A DNA stretch of 64,000 nt, taken from NCBI GenBank assembly GCA_963666735.1, contig OY762926.1, forward strand, positions 256,001-320,000. The letters run 5' to 3'. The notes below the pieces were generated by a model, which was given only the letters and a program-made list of their open reading frames with translations, had not been told where the DNA came from and made no database searches. The DNA is from Gemmatimonadota bacterium. GTDB lineage: Bacteria > Gemmatimonadota > Gemmatimonadetes > Palauibacterales > Palauibacteraceae. How positions within the stretch are numbered: position 1 is the stretch's first letter; the number at the start of each line of letters is the position of its first letter. Positions 28,235-39,541 of this stretch are shown in pieces. The position numbers and the translations under genes were made by a program.

Positions 28235-29807
28235 GGCATCGGAGCGCTCGTACGAAGCGGCCTTCGGCCAGCTTCTCGTTATCGAGGGTCAGCGTGTCAT
28301 CCAGGGTCCGATGCACCACGCGCACGAACACGGTAAGGACATCATTGCTTGGGACGGAGATCAGCTGTGCGTCTATCAACTGAAGGGAGGTGCCGGTAGA
28401 CTGAATACCACGGTGGTGGAGAACGTCCAGCAGCAGCTGTTTGCAGCTACGGCTGCCGCAGTGACGCATCCAAGTCTTCCGGGCCCTCGCCGCCCAGATC
28501 GAGTCTATCTGGTGACAAATCGCACCGCCACCGGCCCGGCCCAGGACCGGATCCGCGTCTTGTCGGAGGGCAATCGGATCAACGGATTGGGAACTTTGCA
28601 TTTGATCGAATTCGCCGAACTCAAATCCCGATTTGTAACTGTGGAAAGACAATTTTTTCCCAGTTCCCCAAAGGCATTGGATACTTTCCTGTCGCTGTTC
28701 TTGGCCGATGGGCGAGGGCCCTTGCTGCGGCAAGACTTCTTTCGATTGCTCGAAGAAATCCTTCCCGTGCGGGGGCCGAGAGCTAAGGCTCGTGACGCAG
28801 GGCGCGCTATTTCGGCCGCGGCGCTCACGACGGCGTTTGCGTTACGCAAATGGAGTGATTTGGACAATCACGCAGAGACTGCGATGGGCTGGGTCTGCTT
28901 CGCCACGCAGGTCCTCCGGCTAGCGGAAAGGAATCGACTAGGCCGGGCGCGCTGGTACAGGTCGTATCGACTGGCGTTGGAGGAGGCCCGTCGTCACGCA
29001 AGGCATCTCTTGGAGGAAGCAAGCGCGGCCGAGGACCTCATTATACCTGACCCTGCGGAATCGATCGTTCGCGGAGCACGAGCGGTCAAGGTGTGCGGGT
29101 TGCTATCCGCCTTCACGATTTCAGCTCGTATCGAATTCGGCGTTCACCATACGCACCGCGGACAGGCTGGTAGATTGATACTCCGAGAGCGAGACTGCTT
29201 CGAGATAGCAGGAGAAGTGCAGGCCCCCGATTACTTCCTGTCGATCTTGGCGGTTAGTGAGGCCGGCGAGTTCAACGTCGCGACAGAGATGCTCCTGCTT
29301 TGGGTGGCCAGCGTTTCAGGGGCGAATCAGCCTGATTCTGCCTCGCCGGTACCGGATCCTTACCATTCGGTCGAAGACATCATGCTCGACAGGTTGCGCC
29401 CACAGGGAGCGGTCCTTCCCGATGAAGATTGGGCTGGAAGCGCCTATACGGTCCATATTGGAGTGCGCTGGGCCGTGCGACGCTTGTGGCGCCAAACCTT
29501 GAGGACGGTCTGGGCAAACGTGACCCGGATCAGTCATCAGCATTTCAGACCGAGATGGCGCGCTGACTATTATGCACCGGAGAGTGATCGAGGCGAGTTG
29601 GCGAGTTGGTTCTATCCCACGCCGACGAGCTGGTCCGACCTTCGCGCTCTCGCCGAGGAGTGCGATTCGTCGACTCTTCCTGACACTTTGGTGAAGTGCC
29701 CGGAATTCGTACCGTTCTACTGTCTCGCCTTGCCACACCGGTTCAACGTCCAGGTCTCAGATTTGCTGGACCGACTTGCTTCGACGGGAATCGCAGATGC
29801 GAACTGA
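28200..29807 (+). CDS. Mrr-like PD-(D/E)xK nuclease domain fused to a long helical region
   Basis: E..F..LL...G, EHGKDIIAW..CVYQLK (D-x12-QxK), YLVTN. Confidence 0.72.
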   Translation: MIENLVDVWLTEASERSYEAAFGQLLVIEGQRVIQGPMHHAHEHGKDIIAWDGDQLCVYQLKGGAGRLNTTVVENVQQQLFAATAAAVTHPSLPGPRRPDRVYLVTNRTATGPAQDRIRVLSEGNRINGLGTLHLIEFAELKSRFVTVERQFFPSSPKALDTFLSLFLADGRGPLLRQDFFRLLEEILPVRGPRAKARDAGRAISAAALTTAFALRKWSDLDNHAETAMGWVCFATQVLRLAERNRLGRARWYRSYRLALEEARRHARHLLEEASAAEDLIIPDPAESIVRGARAVKVCGLLSAFTISARIEFGVHHTHRGQAGRLILRERDCFEIAGEVQAPDYFLSILAVSEAGEFNVATEMLLLWVASVSGANQPDSASPVPDPYHSVEDIMLDRLRPQGAVLPDEDWAGSAYTVHIGVRWAVRRLWRQTLRTVWANVTRISHQHFRPRWRADYYAPESDRGELASWFYPTPTSWSDLRALAEECDSSTLPDTLVKCPEFVPFYCLALPHRFNVQVSDLLDRLASTGIADAN

Positions 29808-29847
29808 GAGTGAGGGTGGGAAGGGCGACGACTGATACCTCGCCTGC

Positions 29848-31182
29848 CTAATCGAACAAAAACGTCCCCGTCGAATCCCGGAACGGAATGTGGTGCCAGT
29901 CAACGCCGAAAGCGGGGTAAACACGCTTCAGAAGACTGAAAGCCACATCGTCGGGACTAAAGGTTGCCGGAACGGGCGTGGGTCCGAGGAGTAGGTGTGG
30001 GCCTATGAATGGTGCGCTGGAGCGGAGCGGAGACAGGAAGCGAATCTCGTCAGGTTGGCCCGGCCGCAGAATGTAGCCAGCAGCGTTCCGGTATTGGAGT
30101 TGGATCAGCACCTCATCGGCGTAGCCTACGTGGTGGAGAAGTGCCGCAACTAGGCGCAGAAAGGAGACGGGGTATTCGACGACGGGATACGGATAGAGTC
30201 TCGGTCGGAGTCGTCGCTCCTCCTCGGATTGCCGCCAGCAAAAATGGTAATTGAGAGGTGTCCAGAACTCCACGTGGCCGTTCTCGAACACGTCGAGGTA
30301 CGCGTCGTCCTTGAGCCCTAAAGCCAATCCGGTGAGAGACCGTTGGTGGCTGTGATCTAAACCGCCCATGTTCCAGCCACCATGCCGAGACGCAGGTGGG
30401 GCGGAGAGGATCGAGGCGATCTCCGGCTCGTCGAATACTACGAGACCTTGACGCGGCTTGGTCGGGGTAGCGGCGAGCCACAAGTATGAGCTTTCGCCAA
30501 CCTCCGTTTCGAATCGTTCACGCATAACGTCAGCCAGTACATGTCCGTCATCGCTACGGAGTAGGGCGTCGGAAACGTACGCCTGCGAAGCCTCCCCAAG
30601 CTCTTTCTTGCTCTTGTCGTGCGTCAGGATCCGGACGAGGTGAGAGAGACTGGCGTCGATACGAGCCAGACGCCTTCCGGTCGGGCTGCTCAGGAAGGTT
30701 TCGCGGATCTCTCCCACCGACATTGGGCGCTTGCCATCCTCGACGCGGGTCCAAAAGCCAGTGTGGCCGTCCAAGGTTACCATGTGCGGACGGCGTCCAC
30801 TGACGGGGATGCGGGCTAGGATCACGGTGGAACCCTTCACGTCGCGCTTACCGATCTCGATCCCTTCAATGTGCTCAGAGATATGCACGTGGCATAGGTC
30901 ACGGATGCTCTTGAGCATTGAGTCCGAATTGCTCATGAGGGCAGGCTCGGAGAAGCACTGAGCTCGACCGTGACCGTCATCGCGAACGCCGAAAATGAGA
31001 TACCCGCCGCCACCGTTTGCCATCGACACGACATCCCGTAACAGCTCAAGCCGCGCGTCGTCGTTTTTGTAGTCAAAGGTTGCCTTGAATTCGAGGTACT
31101 GCCGTTCCGACACGTGAGCTTCGACGAGACCTGCGATCTCATCGTCTGGGATTTCATCAAGTGGACGCTGGTCGAAGATCAT
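29848..31182 (-). CDS. AlbA_2/Schlafen-like domain protein with uncharacterised C-terminal domain
   Basis: SERQYLEFK, LRDVVSMANGGGGYLIFGVRD, RPHMV; ATGA overlap with the MBL gene. Confidence 0.87.
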   Translation of the reverse strand: MIFDQRPLDEIPDDEIAGLVEAHVSERQYLEFKATFDYKNDDARLELLRDVVSMANGGGGYLIFGVRDDGHGRAQCFSEPALMSNSDSMLKSIRDLCHVHISEHIEGIEIGKRDVKGSTVILARIPVSGRRPHMVTLDGHTGFWTRVEDGKRPMSVGEIRETFLSSPTGRRLARIDASLSHLVRILTHDKSKKELGEASQAYVSDALLRSDDGHVLADVMRERFETEVGESSYLWLAATPTKPRQGLVVFDEPEIASILSAPPASRHGGWNMGGLDHSHQRSLTGLALGLKDDAYLDVFENGHVEFWTPLNYHFCWRQSEEERRLRPRLYPYPVVEYPVSFLRLVAALLHHVGYADEVLIQLQYRNAAGYILRPGQPDEIRFLSPLRSSAPFIGPHLLLGPTPVPATFSPDDVAFSLLKRVYPAFGVDWHHIPFRDSTGTFLFD

Positions 31183-32249
31183 GCTGCCAGATCGCCGAGG
31201 GGGCACGCTGGGTCGAAGAGCTTCACGGTCCAAGGGCTACCGGTAGCCAGGGATCGGCGTAGTTGAACGATTCCAGGCGATCCGATCACACCCGTGAGCC
31301 TCGTGCCGGTGCTTCGCACGGTCTTGGATACCGTCCCGGGTCGCTTCGGAGCGGACGCGCCGGGCTTCGCGGAGGCGTAGGCTCGAGGCGTACGTGAGAG
31401 AATGCGCTCGACATCTTCAGCTGTCGGAAGGAGCCGGCCTCCTCTCCGCCACGGAGTGAGCACGGCGAAGGGCTCGGGGTCCAGCATTTGTTCCCACACC
31501 TCCGGCGCATCGGCATTGCCGGAACCGTGGTGCGGCACCTTGAACACGGAGGCCCTTCCCGTCGGCTTCGCGGGGTCACTAAGTACGGCCATCCAGCCCG
31601 TCCTTTCGAGGTCGCCCCCGAGTAGTACGATCGCATCTCCGCATCTCACCCACAGCGCGACGGACAACTGATTAGGTGACGGCGAGCGATTTCGTTTCGC
31701 GGTCTTGCCTTCGGGAGTGACCCACTCTTCGACGGATCGAACAAACGCCGCGAACAGGTCGTCGCCGGGGGACAGCGACCAGACTTCACTCGATGCGTTG
31801 CGAAACACTCGTCGGACGGGCGCGGCCCAGATGGGTGAAGCACCTCTGCTGCTCAGACATGAGAAGGCGGAGTGAATCTCGCGTACTCCGTAGCCTACCT
31901 CGGAGAAGTCCCTTCCCGCGAGACCTCCTGCCGTACTCAAAAACTCCCTGGAGCCCAGAGCGCCCGCGCAGCAGAACCGGGCGGAAGCGCACGCGTCGAC
32001 CAACCGGGACATGCCGCGGATGTGGTCGTCGTGCCAGTGTGTTGCCACGATCAGCTTCACGGCGTCGGCCGGATTCACGCCGAGCCCGTCCAGGTATTGG
32101 AGCGCCACGGGCCTTCCGTCCGCGCCGCAGCAACTGTCGACGATGATCCAGTCGCCATCGCTGAGATGGACGAGAATGCTCTCTCCGTAGCCCGGACCGA
32201 TCAGCGCGACCTCGACCTCGTCCGGGCGCCGAGGAGCCGGTTCACTCAA
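31179..32249 (-). CDS. MBL-fold metallo-hydrolase (ComEC/Rec2-like, probable nuclease)
   Basis: GPGYGESI, VATHWHDDHIRG, NQLS, LLGGDL, KVPHHGS; TTG start overlapping the upstream stop. Confidence 0.88.
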   Translation of the reverse strand: MSEPAPRRPDEVEVALIGPGYGESILVHLSDGDWIIVDSCCGADGRPVALQYLDGLGVNPADAVKLIVATHWHDDHIRGMSRLVDACASARFCCAGALGSREFLSTAGGLAGRDFSEVGYGVREIHSAFSCLSSRGASPIWAAPVRRVFRNASSEVWSLSPGDDLFAAFVRSVEEWVTPEGKTAKRNRSPSPNQLSVALWVRCGDAIVLLGGDLERTGWMAVLSDPAKPTGRASVFKVPHHGSGNADAPEVWEQMLDPEPFAVLTPWRRGGRLLPTAEDVERILSRTPRAYASAKPGASAPKRPGTVSKTVRSTGTRLTGVIGSPGIVQLRRSLATGSPWTVKLFDPACPLGDLAA

Positions 32250-32847
32250 GGCCCCACTGCGCGCGCAGCCTGTCCGCCCACTCGCGGCCGCGCTCAAGAT
32301 CTCTGTCGGTTACCGGCGGCAGGTCGAGAAAGACGATCTGCGACACGCGTCGTCGCGTGCCTCCCACGGATCTCTCGTAGCCGATCACCCAACGGAAGAT
32401 CGATCCGGACTCCATATTCTGCCGGTCCTCCGCCGAGACCTCATCCAGAGGGATGACCGCATCCTCACACGCAACGGAGTCTCCGGCCGTCAGGTCCAAC
32501 AGACGCGCTCCAAACTCGTCGGTCCCGATGTCGGTGACGTATCCTTCCCACTCCTGGAGGGCGTGAAGGGACGCGGTCGGAACCGGCGCGACGTACGGCG
32601 GCAGGATGTTGACCCCGCCATTTCGCGGAGCACCGTTCCCTTGGCCGCCGGCATGGGTCGGATTAACAGGGGCGTTGGCGGCAAGCCCGGACTGGTCGGT
32701 CGTAGACGAACCATCGGTTGTGGGCGCCCAAATGGACCGAAGGCCCTGCTTATGCACAGATCCCCCGGGGATGGCGCGCGATACGTCCGCGTCGGAGGTG
32801 GGAGATCGTTCAAGCGGCTTCGCCGTCAATTCAAGACTCAAGGCCAC
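32242..32847 (-). CDS. Hypothetical protein (low-complexity N-terminus, beta-rich OB/S1-like C-terminus)
   Basis: GGAGG SD then GTG; C-term LQEWEGYVTDI..FGARLLDL..GSIFRWVIGY. Confidence 0.72.
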   Translation of the reverse strand: MALSLELTAKPLERSPTSDADVSRAIPGGSVHKQGLRSIWAPTTDGSSTTDQSGLAANAPVNPTHAGGQGNGAPRNGGVNILPPYVAPVPTASLHALQEWEGYVTDIGTDEFGARLLDLTAGDSVACEDAVIPLDEVSAEDRQNMESGSIFRWVIGYERSVGGTRRRVSQIVFLDLPPVTDRDLERGREWADRLRAQWGLE

Positions 32848-33392
32848 TCGATCAGCCTCCCGTCTGAGCTAGGGACATGATGTGGTCGATGATGCCTTCG
32901 CTACGCTCCCTGGACGGCCTGAACTCGCCCGCAAGGATCTCCATCAGGCGCGCCGCCGAATCGGCCCCTTCCTGATCCGTTACGAAATGATCGTTTACGC
33001 CCACGTAAACGCCAGTACCTCCTTCTGTTCCCACTCGAACAGACGGTTCGACGGTGACGTTGATTTGTCCCCCGCGGTGCCTTCCGTCCGGTCTGAGTTG
33101 TGCCATTCGAACGGCGGTCATGCCGCCGAACTTCCCGTCCAAATCAAGCTCCTCCCGCCACGGACCCCAAGGTTCCACCGGCGCCAACGTCGTGCCGATC
33201 ATATCCCTAGCGGCCGCATCGCGCACCAAGAAATGCACGTTTCGGTTGATTCCGCAGGCCTTCAAAGGCGTGTGGTTTAGACACTCAGAGAACACTCGGA
33301 CGACAAGATCACGCAGGCGTTCGTAGGGTGCCTGCTGGAGTTGCCCCGCTTTGACGGACACCTATCCATTGGGGTCAGCAAGGAGGTGTTCC

Positions 33393-33707
33393 ATGGCGGG
33401 CCGGAAGGGGCGGTATCCATCCGAGTACAGGGAGCGGCTGGTGGAACTGGTGAGGGGCGGGCGTAGTGCCGCGTCACTCGCCCGGAAGTTCGAGCCGTCG
33501 GAGCAGACGATCCGGAACTGGGTCCGGCAGGCGGATGTGGACGAGGGGTTCCGTAGCGACGGGCTGACAACGGAGGCGCGCAGCGAGCTGCGGCGCCTGG
33601 AGCGGGAGAACAAGCGGCTCAGGATGGAGCGCGACATCCTAAAAAAAGCCGCGGCCTGGTTCGCGAGGGAGAGCGGATCGATCCCCGGCGGGGGTATGCG
33701 TTCATGA
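33393..33707 (+). CDS. IS3 transposase OrfA
   Basis: HTH YPSEYRERLV..TIRNWVRQA, coiled coil ERDILKKAAAWFA; AGGAGG SD. Confidence 0.93.
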   Translation: MAGRKGRYPSEYRERLVELVRGGRSAASLARKFEPSEQTIRNWVRQADVDEGFRSDGLTTEARSELRRLERENKRLRMERDILKKAAAWFARESGSIPGGGMRS

Positions 33708-34552
33708 GGGCGCACCGGGCCGAGTTCCCGCTTCGGGCCATGTGCCGGGTGCTGGGTCTCTCCCCCAGCGGCTACTACGACTGGTTGAGGCGTCCTCCCT
33801 CGGACCGCGCGCGTCGGGACGCGGAACTGGAGGCCCGGATCGCGAAGATATGGACCGGCAGCGGCGAGACGTACGGCCGTCCGCGGATCCACGCGGCGCT
33901 CGGGGCCGAGGGCGAGCGGGTGGGGCAGAAGCGCGTGGGGCGGCTGATGAGGGGGCTGGAGATCGAGGGCGCGACCAGGCGGCGCTTCAAGACGGCGACG
34001 ACGAAGAGGGATGCCGAGGCCCGCCCCGCGCCGGACCTGGTGGACCGTGACTTCTCGGCCTCGGGGCCCGACGAGCTGTGGGTGGCCGACATCACCTACG
34101 TCCCCACGTGGGCTGGCTGGCTGTATCTGGCCGTCGTGCTCGACGTCTGGAGCCGCCGCGTCGTCGGCTGGGCCATGGCGACGCACATGCGGACCGAGCT
34201 CGTCGAGGCCGCGCTGGCGATGGCTCTCGCAAGGCGTCGTCCCGAGGGTCGTGTCGTGCATCATTCCGACAGGGGCTCGCAGTACACCTCGCTCGCCTTC
34301 GGGGAGCGCTGCCGCGAGTCGGGCATCGCCCAGTCCATGGGCTCGGCGGGCGACGCGTACGACAACGCCATGTGCGAGAGCTTCTTCGCGACGCTGGAGT
34401 GCGAGCTGATCTGGAAGCGCTCGTTCCGCACGGCGGACGAGGCGCGACGGGAGGTCTTCGGCTTCATCGAGGGCTTCTACAACACCCGGCGGCTGCACTC
34501 GGCACTCGGCTACGAGTCGCCGGCCGACTACGAGAGCAACCATGCGGCCTGA
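33704..34552 (+). CDS. IS3 transposase OrfB (DDE, rve)
   Basis: YGRPRI, WVADITY, HHSDRGSQY, DNAMCESFF, YNTRRLHSALGY. Confidence 0.95.
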   Translation: MRAHRAEFPLRAMCRVLGLSPSGYYDWLRRPPSDRARRDAELEARIAKIWTGSGETYGRPRIHAALGAEGERVGQKRVGRLMRGLEIEGATRRRFKTATTKRDAEARPAPDLVDRDFSASGPDELWVADITYVPTWAGWLYLAVVLDVWSRRVVGWAMATHMRTELVEAALAMALARRRPEGRVVHHSDRGSQYTSLAFGERCRESGIAQSMGSAGDAYDNAMCESFFATLECELIWKRSFRTADEARREVFGFIEGFYNTRRLHSALGYESPADYESNHAA

Positions 34553-34942
34553 GGCGCACCCGCGGCGCGCACCGACATCCTCTCCCGAGCGCCTGAGGGA
34601 GGCTGAAAGGAGAAGAACCGGAGGCGATCAACCACAGAAACTAACCGTCCGTGAAAGCGGGACAGCTCCAGCCTGCTGAGTGCCGGCGGCAAACCGGTCA
34701 TCCGTGACCTGCAGGTGGAGCCAGTCGGCCGTGAAGTCGGTTACCTGTGGGTGAACGACTTGCACTTGAGCGTTGGTCGCGACGCTCTCGCGCAGCAGTC
34801 CGTTGTGAGCGAACCATGCCGGTGAGCAGATGGCCGGGTTGAACTGGCCCACCACCACGATCTGCATGCCGCTGATCTCGGGTTCGAGGCGCACGATTAG
34901 CGATCTCCGTGTGCTTTGGTCGTTGGAGTGGGGATCTGTTTC

Positions 34943-37308
34943 CTACTCGGCGATGCCCTTTTCGTTCAAGACCTCCCACACCCGGTCGGGGGTGATCGGG
35001 ATGTCGAGGTGCGTCACGCCGAGGTGCGCCAGCGCGTCCACCACCGCGTTGGCGATCGCCGGGGGCGCGCCCACCGTGGCCGACTCGCCGACGCCCTTGG
35101 CGCCGAGCGGGTGGTGCGGGGACGGGGTGATCGTGTGGCCGGTCTCCCACGCGGGGGTCTCCATGGAGGTTGGGACGAGGTAGTCCATGAACGAGCCGGC
35201 GAGGTTGTTGCCGTCCTCGTCGTAGGTCATCTCTTCGAACAGGGCGGGGCCGATGCCCTGCGTGAGGCCGCCGTGGATCTGGCCCTGCACGATCATGGGG
35301 TTGATGATGTTGCCGCAGTCGTCGACCGCCACGAAGCGGCGAACGGTCACCTCGCCCGTGCCGCGGTCGATGTCGACCACGCAGATGTACGTCCCGAACG
35401 GGAAGGTGAGGTTGGGCGGGTCGTAGTAGTTCGTCGCCTCCATCCCCGGCTCCATCCCCTCGGGCAGGTTCGTGTAGGCGGCGAAGGCGCAGTCCTGGAT
35501 CGTCACGGACCGGTCGGGGGCGCCCTTCACGGAGAACTTCCCGGGCTCCCACTCGAGATCTTCCTCCGCCACCTCCATCAGGTGGGCGGCGATCTTCGCG
35601 GCCTTGGCGCGGATCTGGCGGGCGGCCATCGCTCCCGCGGCCCCGGCGGTCGGGGTCGATCGGCTGGCGTAGGTGCCCAGTCCGTACGGCGCGGTGTCGG
35701 TGTCGCCCTCCTCGACCTGCACGTGGGCGGCGGGGAGTCCGAGTTCCTCGGCGATGATCTGCGCGTAGGTGGTCTCGTGGCCCTGGCCCTGCGACTTGGT
35801 GCCGAAGCGGGCGATCGCCTTCCCGGTGGGGTGAACGCGCACCTCGGCCGAGTCGAACATCTTGATGCCGAGGATGTCGAAGTCTTTCGACGGTCCCGCG
35901 CCCAGCACCTCGGTGAAGCTGCACACGCCGATCCCCATCAACTCGCCGCGCTCGCGCTTCTCGGCCTGCTCCCGGCGCAGGTCGTCGTAGCCGATCATCT
36001 CCTTCGCCTTGTCCATCGCGGCCTGGTAGTCGCCGCTGTCGTACTCCCAGCCCAGCGGGGACTGGTAGGGGAAGGCCTCCTTCGGGATGAAGTTCTCCTC
36101 GCGCAGTTGCGCCGGATCCTTCCCGATCTTGTGCGCCAGCGTGTCCACGACGCGCTCCATGCAGTGCACGGCCTCGGTCACGCGGAAGGAGCAGCGGTAG
36201 GCGACGCCGCCCGGCGGCTTGTTCGTGTACACCGCGTCCACTTCGGCGTACGCCTGCTCCATGTCGTAGGAGCCGGTGCAGATCGAGAACAGCCCGGCGG
36301 GGAACTTGGAGGGCGCGGCCTGGGCGTCCGTGTAGCCGTGGTCCGCGAGCGTCTTGATGCGCAGGCCCCGGATCTTCCCGTCGGCGTCGGCCGCGAGTTC
36401 GGCGTCCATGTGGTAGTCGCGCGCGAACGAGTCGGCCTGGAGGTTCTCCATCCGGTCCTCGATCCACTTGACGGGCTTGCCGAGCACGACGGAGGCCGCG
36501 ATCGCGATCACATAGCCGGGATAGACCGGCACCTTGCCGCCGAAGCCGCCCCCGATGTCGGGCGACACGACGCGGATCTTTTCCTCGGAGAGCCCGACGT
36601 GTCCCGCCACGAGCGCGAGCACGGTGCGGATGGCGTGCGGGGCCTGGGTCGTCATGTAGACGGTGAGGTGGCCCTCGACGGGGTTGAAGTCGGCCACGCA
36701 GCCGCACGTCTCGATCGAGGCCACGTGGATGCGCGGCACATGCATGCTCTCGCGCACGACGACGTCCGCCTCCTCGAACACCTTGTCGGTGGCGGCCTTG
36801 TCGCCGGCCTCCCAGTGCCAGATGCGGTTGTCGGTCTGGCCCTCCTTGTCGGTGCGGAGGACGGGCGCGTCATCCTCGAGCGCCTTGAAGGGGTCGATGA
36901 CGGGTTTCATCGGCTCGTAGTCGACCTCGACCGCGGCGACGCCGTCGGCCGCCGCGTAGCGCGAGGTGGCGATGACCGCCGCGACCTCCTGCGCCTGGTA
37001 CATGACGGTGTCCGTGGGGAGCACCATCTGCGTGTCCGACATCAGCGTCGGCATCCAGTGCAGGTTGTACGCCTCGAGGTCCTTGCCGGTGAGGACGGCG
37101 AGCACGCCGGGCACCTCCAGCGCCTTGCTCGAGTCGATGCCGTTGATCTTCCCGTACGCGATCGGGCTGCGGACGATGTCGAGCCACAGCATGTCCGGGA
37201 GGACGATGTCGTCGATGTAGTTGCCCTTGCCCTGCAGGAAGCGCGGATCCTCCTTGCGCTTCATGGAGTGCCCCATGCCGCAGATGTCGGCGGAAGTCTT
37301 CGGTGCCA

Positions 37309-37309
<1 letters not shown>
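34943..37309 (-). CDS. coxL: Aerobic CO dehydrogenase large subunit, form I
   Basis: Active-site AYRCSFR (form I AYxCSFR), GGGFGGK, QGQGHETT, GAKGVGE. Confidence 0.95.
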
Positions 37310-37827
<518 letters not shown>

Positions 37828-37831
37828 CGCT

Positions 37832-38764
37832 CTATCCTCCCGCTCGCGCGAGCGCTTGACGTATGGCTCTCGCCGTCAGCACGCGGGCCATGTTCCGCTT
37901 GTATTGGACCGATCCGCGCCGGTCCTCGATGGGCTCGGTGACGTCGGCGGCGGCCTGGGCGGCGGCCGCGATGACATCGTCCGCGCCGGGCGCCTTCGTG
38001 ATCGCGTCGCGGACCCGGCCGATGGCGCCCCGGAGCCCGCCCGGCGGCGCGAGGGTCGCGCCGGTGAGCGTCTCCTCGGCGGCGGTCGCCCGAAGGGGGG
38101 CGAAGCCGAGGTTCGTGAGCCCGACGCCGGCCTTCGTCACCTTCCCGTCGTCGTCCAGCGTGAGCTGTACCGCGACCCCCGCCACCGCGTAGTCGCCCAC
38201 CTTGCGCTCCAGCTTGACGTAGGCGCCGCCGCTCCCGGCGGGCGGCACGGGGATGTGGAGTTCGGTGAGGATCTCGTCTTCCCCCAGGGCCGTCATGAAC
38301 AGGCCGTGGAAGAAGTCGTCGATGCCGATCGTGCGCTCTCCGCCCGGCCCGGTGGCAACGACGTGCGCGCGCAGCGCGAGCATCGTCGCCGGATGGTCGT
38401 TCGCGGGGTCGCCGTGGGCGATGTTGCCGCACACCGTGGCGCGGTTGCGCACGAGCGGGTCCGCGATCACGCGGGCGGTGTCGAGCAGGATCGGATAGCG
38501 CTCCGCCACCGCCCGGGATTCCTCGAGTTGCGTCTCGGTCACGAGCGCCCCGATGCGCAGGCAGCCGTCCCGTTCCTCGATCGCGCCGAGTCCGGGGATG
38601 CCGCCGATGTCGATGATGTTCGCGGGAGAGGCGAGACGAAGCTTCATCATCGGGAGGAGGCTCTGGCCGCCCGACATCACCTTCGCGTCGTCCAGTTCAC
38701 CGAGGAGGCCGAGCGCCTCGTCCAGTCCGCCCGGCGCATGGTAGTCGAACTGCGGGGGAATCAT
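37832..38764 (-). CDS. coxM: CO dehydrogenase medium (FAD) subunit
   Basis: [39 protein letters not shown]. Confidence 0.93.
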   Translation of the reverse strand: MIPPQFDYHAPGGLDEALGLLGELDDAKVMSGGQSLLPMMKLRLASPANIIDIGGIPGLGAIEERDGCLRIGALVTETQLEESRAVAERYPILLDTARVIADPLVRNRATVCGNIAHGDPANDHPATMLALRAHVVATGPGGERTIGIDDFFHGLFMTALGEDEILTELHIPVPPAGSGGAYVKLERKVGDYAVAGVAVQLTLDDDGKVTKAGVGLTNLGFAPLRATAAEETLTGATLAPPGGLRGAIGRVRDAITKAPGADDVIAAAAQAAADVTEPIEDRRGSVQYKRNMARVLTARAIRQALARAGG

Positions 38765-39228
38765 GCCTCTGCCTCCTTCGCCTGACCTTCAATCGCGCTG
38801 GTGAGTCTTCCGACGAACTCCTGCAGCATCCGCTTGGAGACGACCTGGGTCATGCCGCGGCCGAGCTGTGCGAGGATCCCGGAGACGGTCACGTCCGAGT
38901 CCATCGTCACCTCGGCCCCGCCATCGGGAAGCGCCACGACCCGGCTGTTCATCGTCATGTCGGCGGTGCCCATGCCGGCCTTCCCCTGGCCCCGCGCGCG
39001 GATGACCGCGGAGCGCTCGTCTTCGTTCAACAAGAAGGATACGGTGCCGGTATACGCCGCCACGAGGGGGCCCACCTTGACGGTCATGCCGCCTTCCCAG
39101 GTCGTGTCGTCGATCTGCTCCGTGATTTCCGCCCCCGGCAACAGTTCCGAGAGCTGCCGCGGGTCGGAGAGAATCGCCCACACGCCGGCGGCGGGCGCGT
39201 CGATCGTGAACCCTTCCTCGATCTTCAT
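38761..39228 (-). CDS. coxG: CoxG / SRPBCC family protein
   Basis: VWAILSDP..LLPGA, VKVGP, SGILAQLGRG; coupled to coxM. Confidence 0.85.
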   Translation of the reverse strand: MKIEEGFTIDAPAAGVWAILSDPRQLSELLPGAEITEQIDDTTWEGGMTVKVGPLVAAYTGTVSFLLNEDERSAVIRARGQGKAGMGTADMTMNSRVVALPDGGAEVTMDSDVTVSGILAQLGRGMTQVVSKRMLQEFVGRLTSAIEGQAKEAEA

Positions 39229-39541
39229 CCGGACTCCTCGGCTTACCTTGTCTCGGTGGCCGTATAAAGGTGGCGGTTCCCTTCTTCCTCGCCACCCCCC
39301 CTGGGACGATGACCGGTCGCCGAACGGTTCATCCGTACACTGCGCGCTGCATCGATCCCGGTCGCGAACCCCTCGGCCCGCAGCCTTACCGAGGCATCCC
39401 TTGCGACATGGATACTCACGTCCCGTTGGACAAGACTGCCACTTGACAGGCTCGTGCGGTCATTGATCTTCGTTCCCCATCGCAGGTCGCAAGGGTTTTC
39501 ATGAATCCGCTTTGCACGCTTACCCGGAGGTGGATCTGAGG

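Larger units (their letters stand above)
33336..34670 (+). mobile_element. IS3-family insertion sequence (1335 bp)
   Basis: TG..CA ends, IRs TGGAGTTGCCCCGCTTTGACGGAC / TGGAGCTGTCCCGCTTTCACGGAC (21/24), flanking direct repeat GCCTGC, orfA/orfB with A7G at 33641. Confidence 0.95.
32852..34894 (-). pseudogene. Hypothetical gene (TIGR04255-like by recall) interrupted by IS3
   Basis: Removing 33336-34670 and one GCCTGC copy rejoins ..FAAGTQQA|PYERLRDL.. in frame into a 233-aa ORF starting IVVVGQFNPAI. Confidence 0.85.

Noticed and set aside
7900..34940. Island as an integrative element or prophage
   Set aside because: No integrase, tRNA or phage genes, and I saw no terminal att repeats
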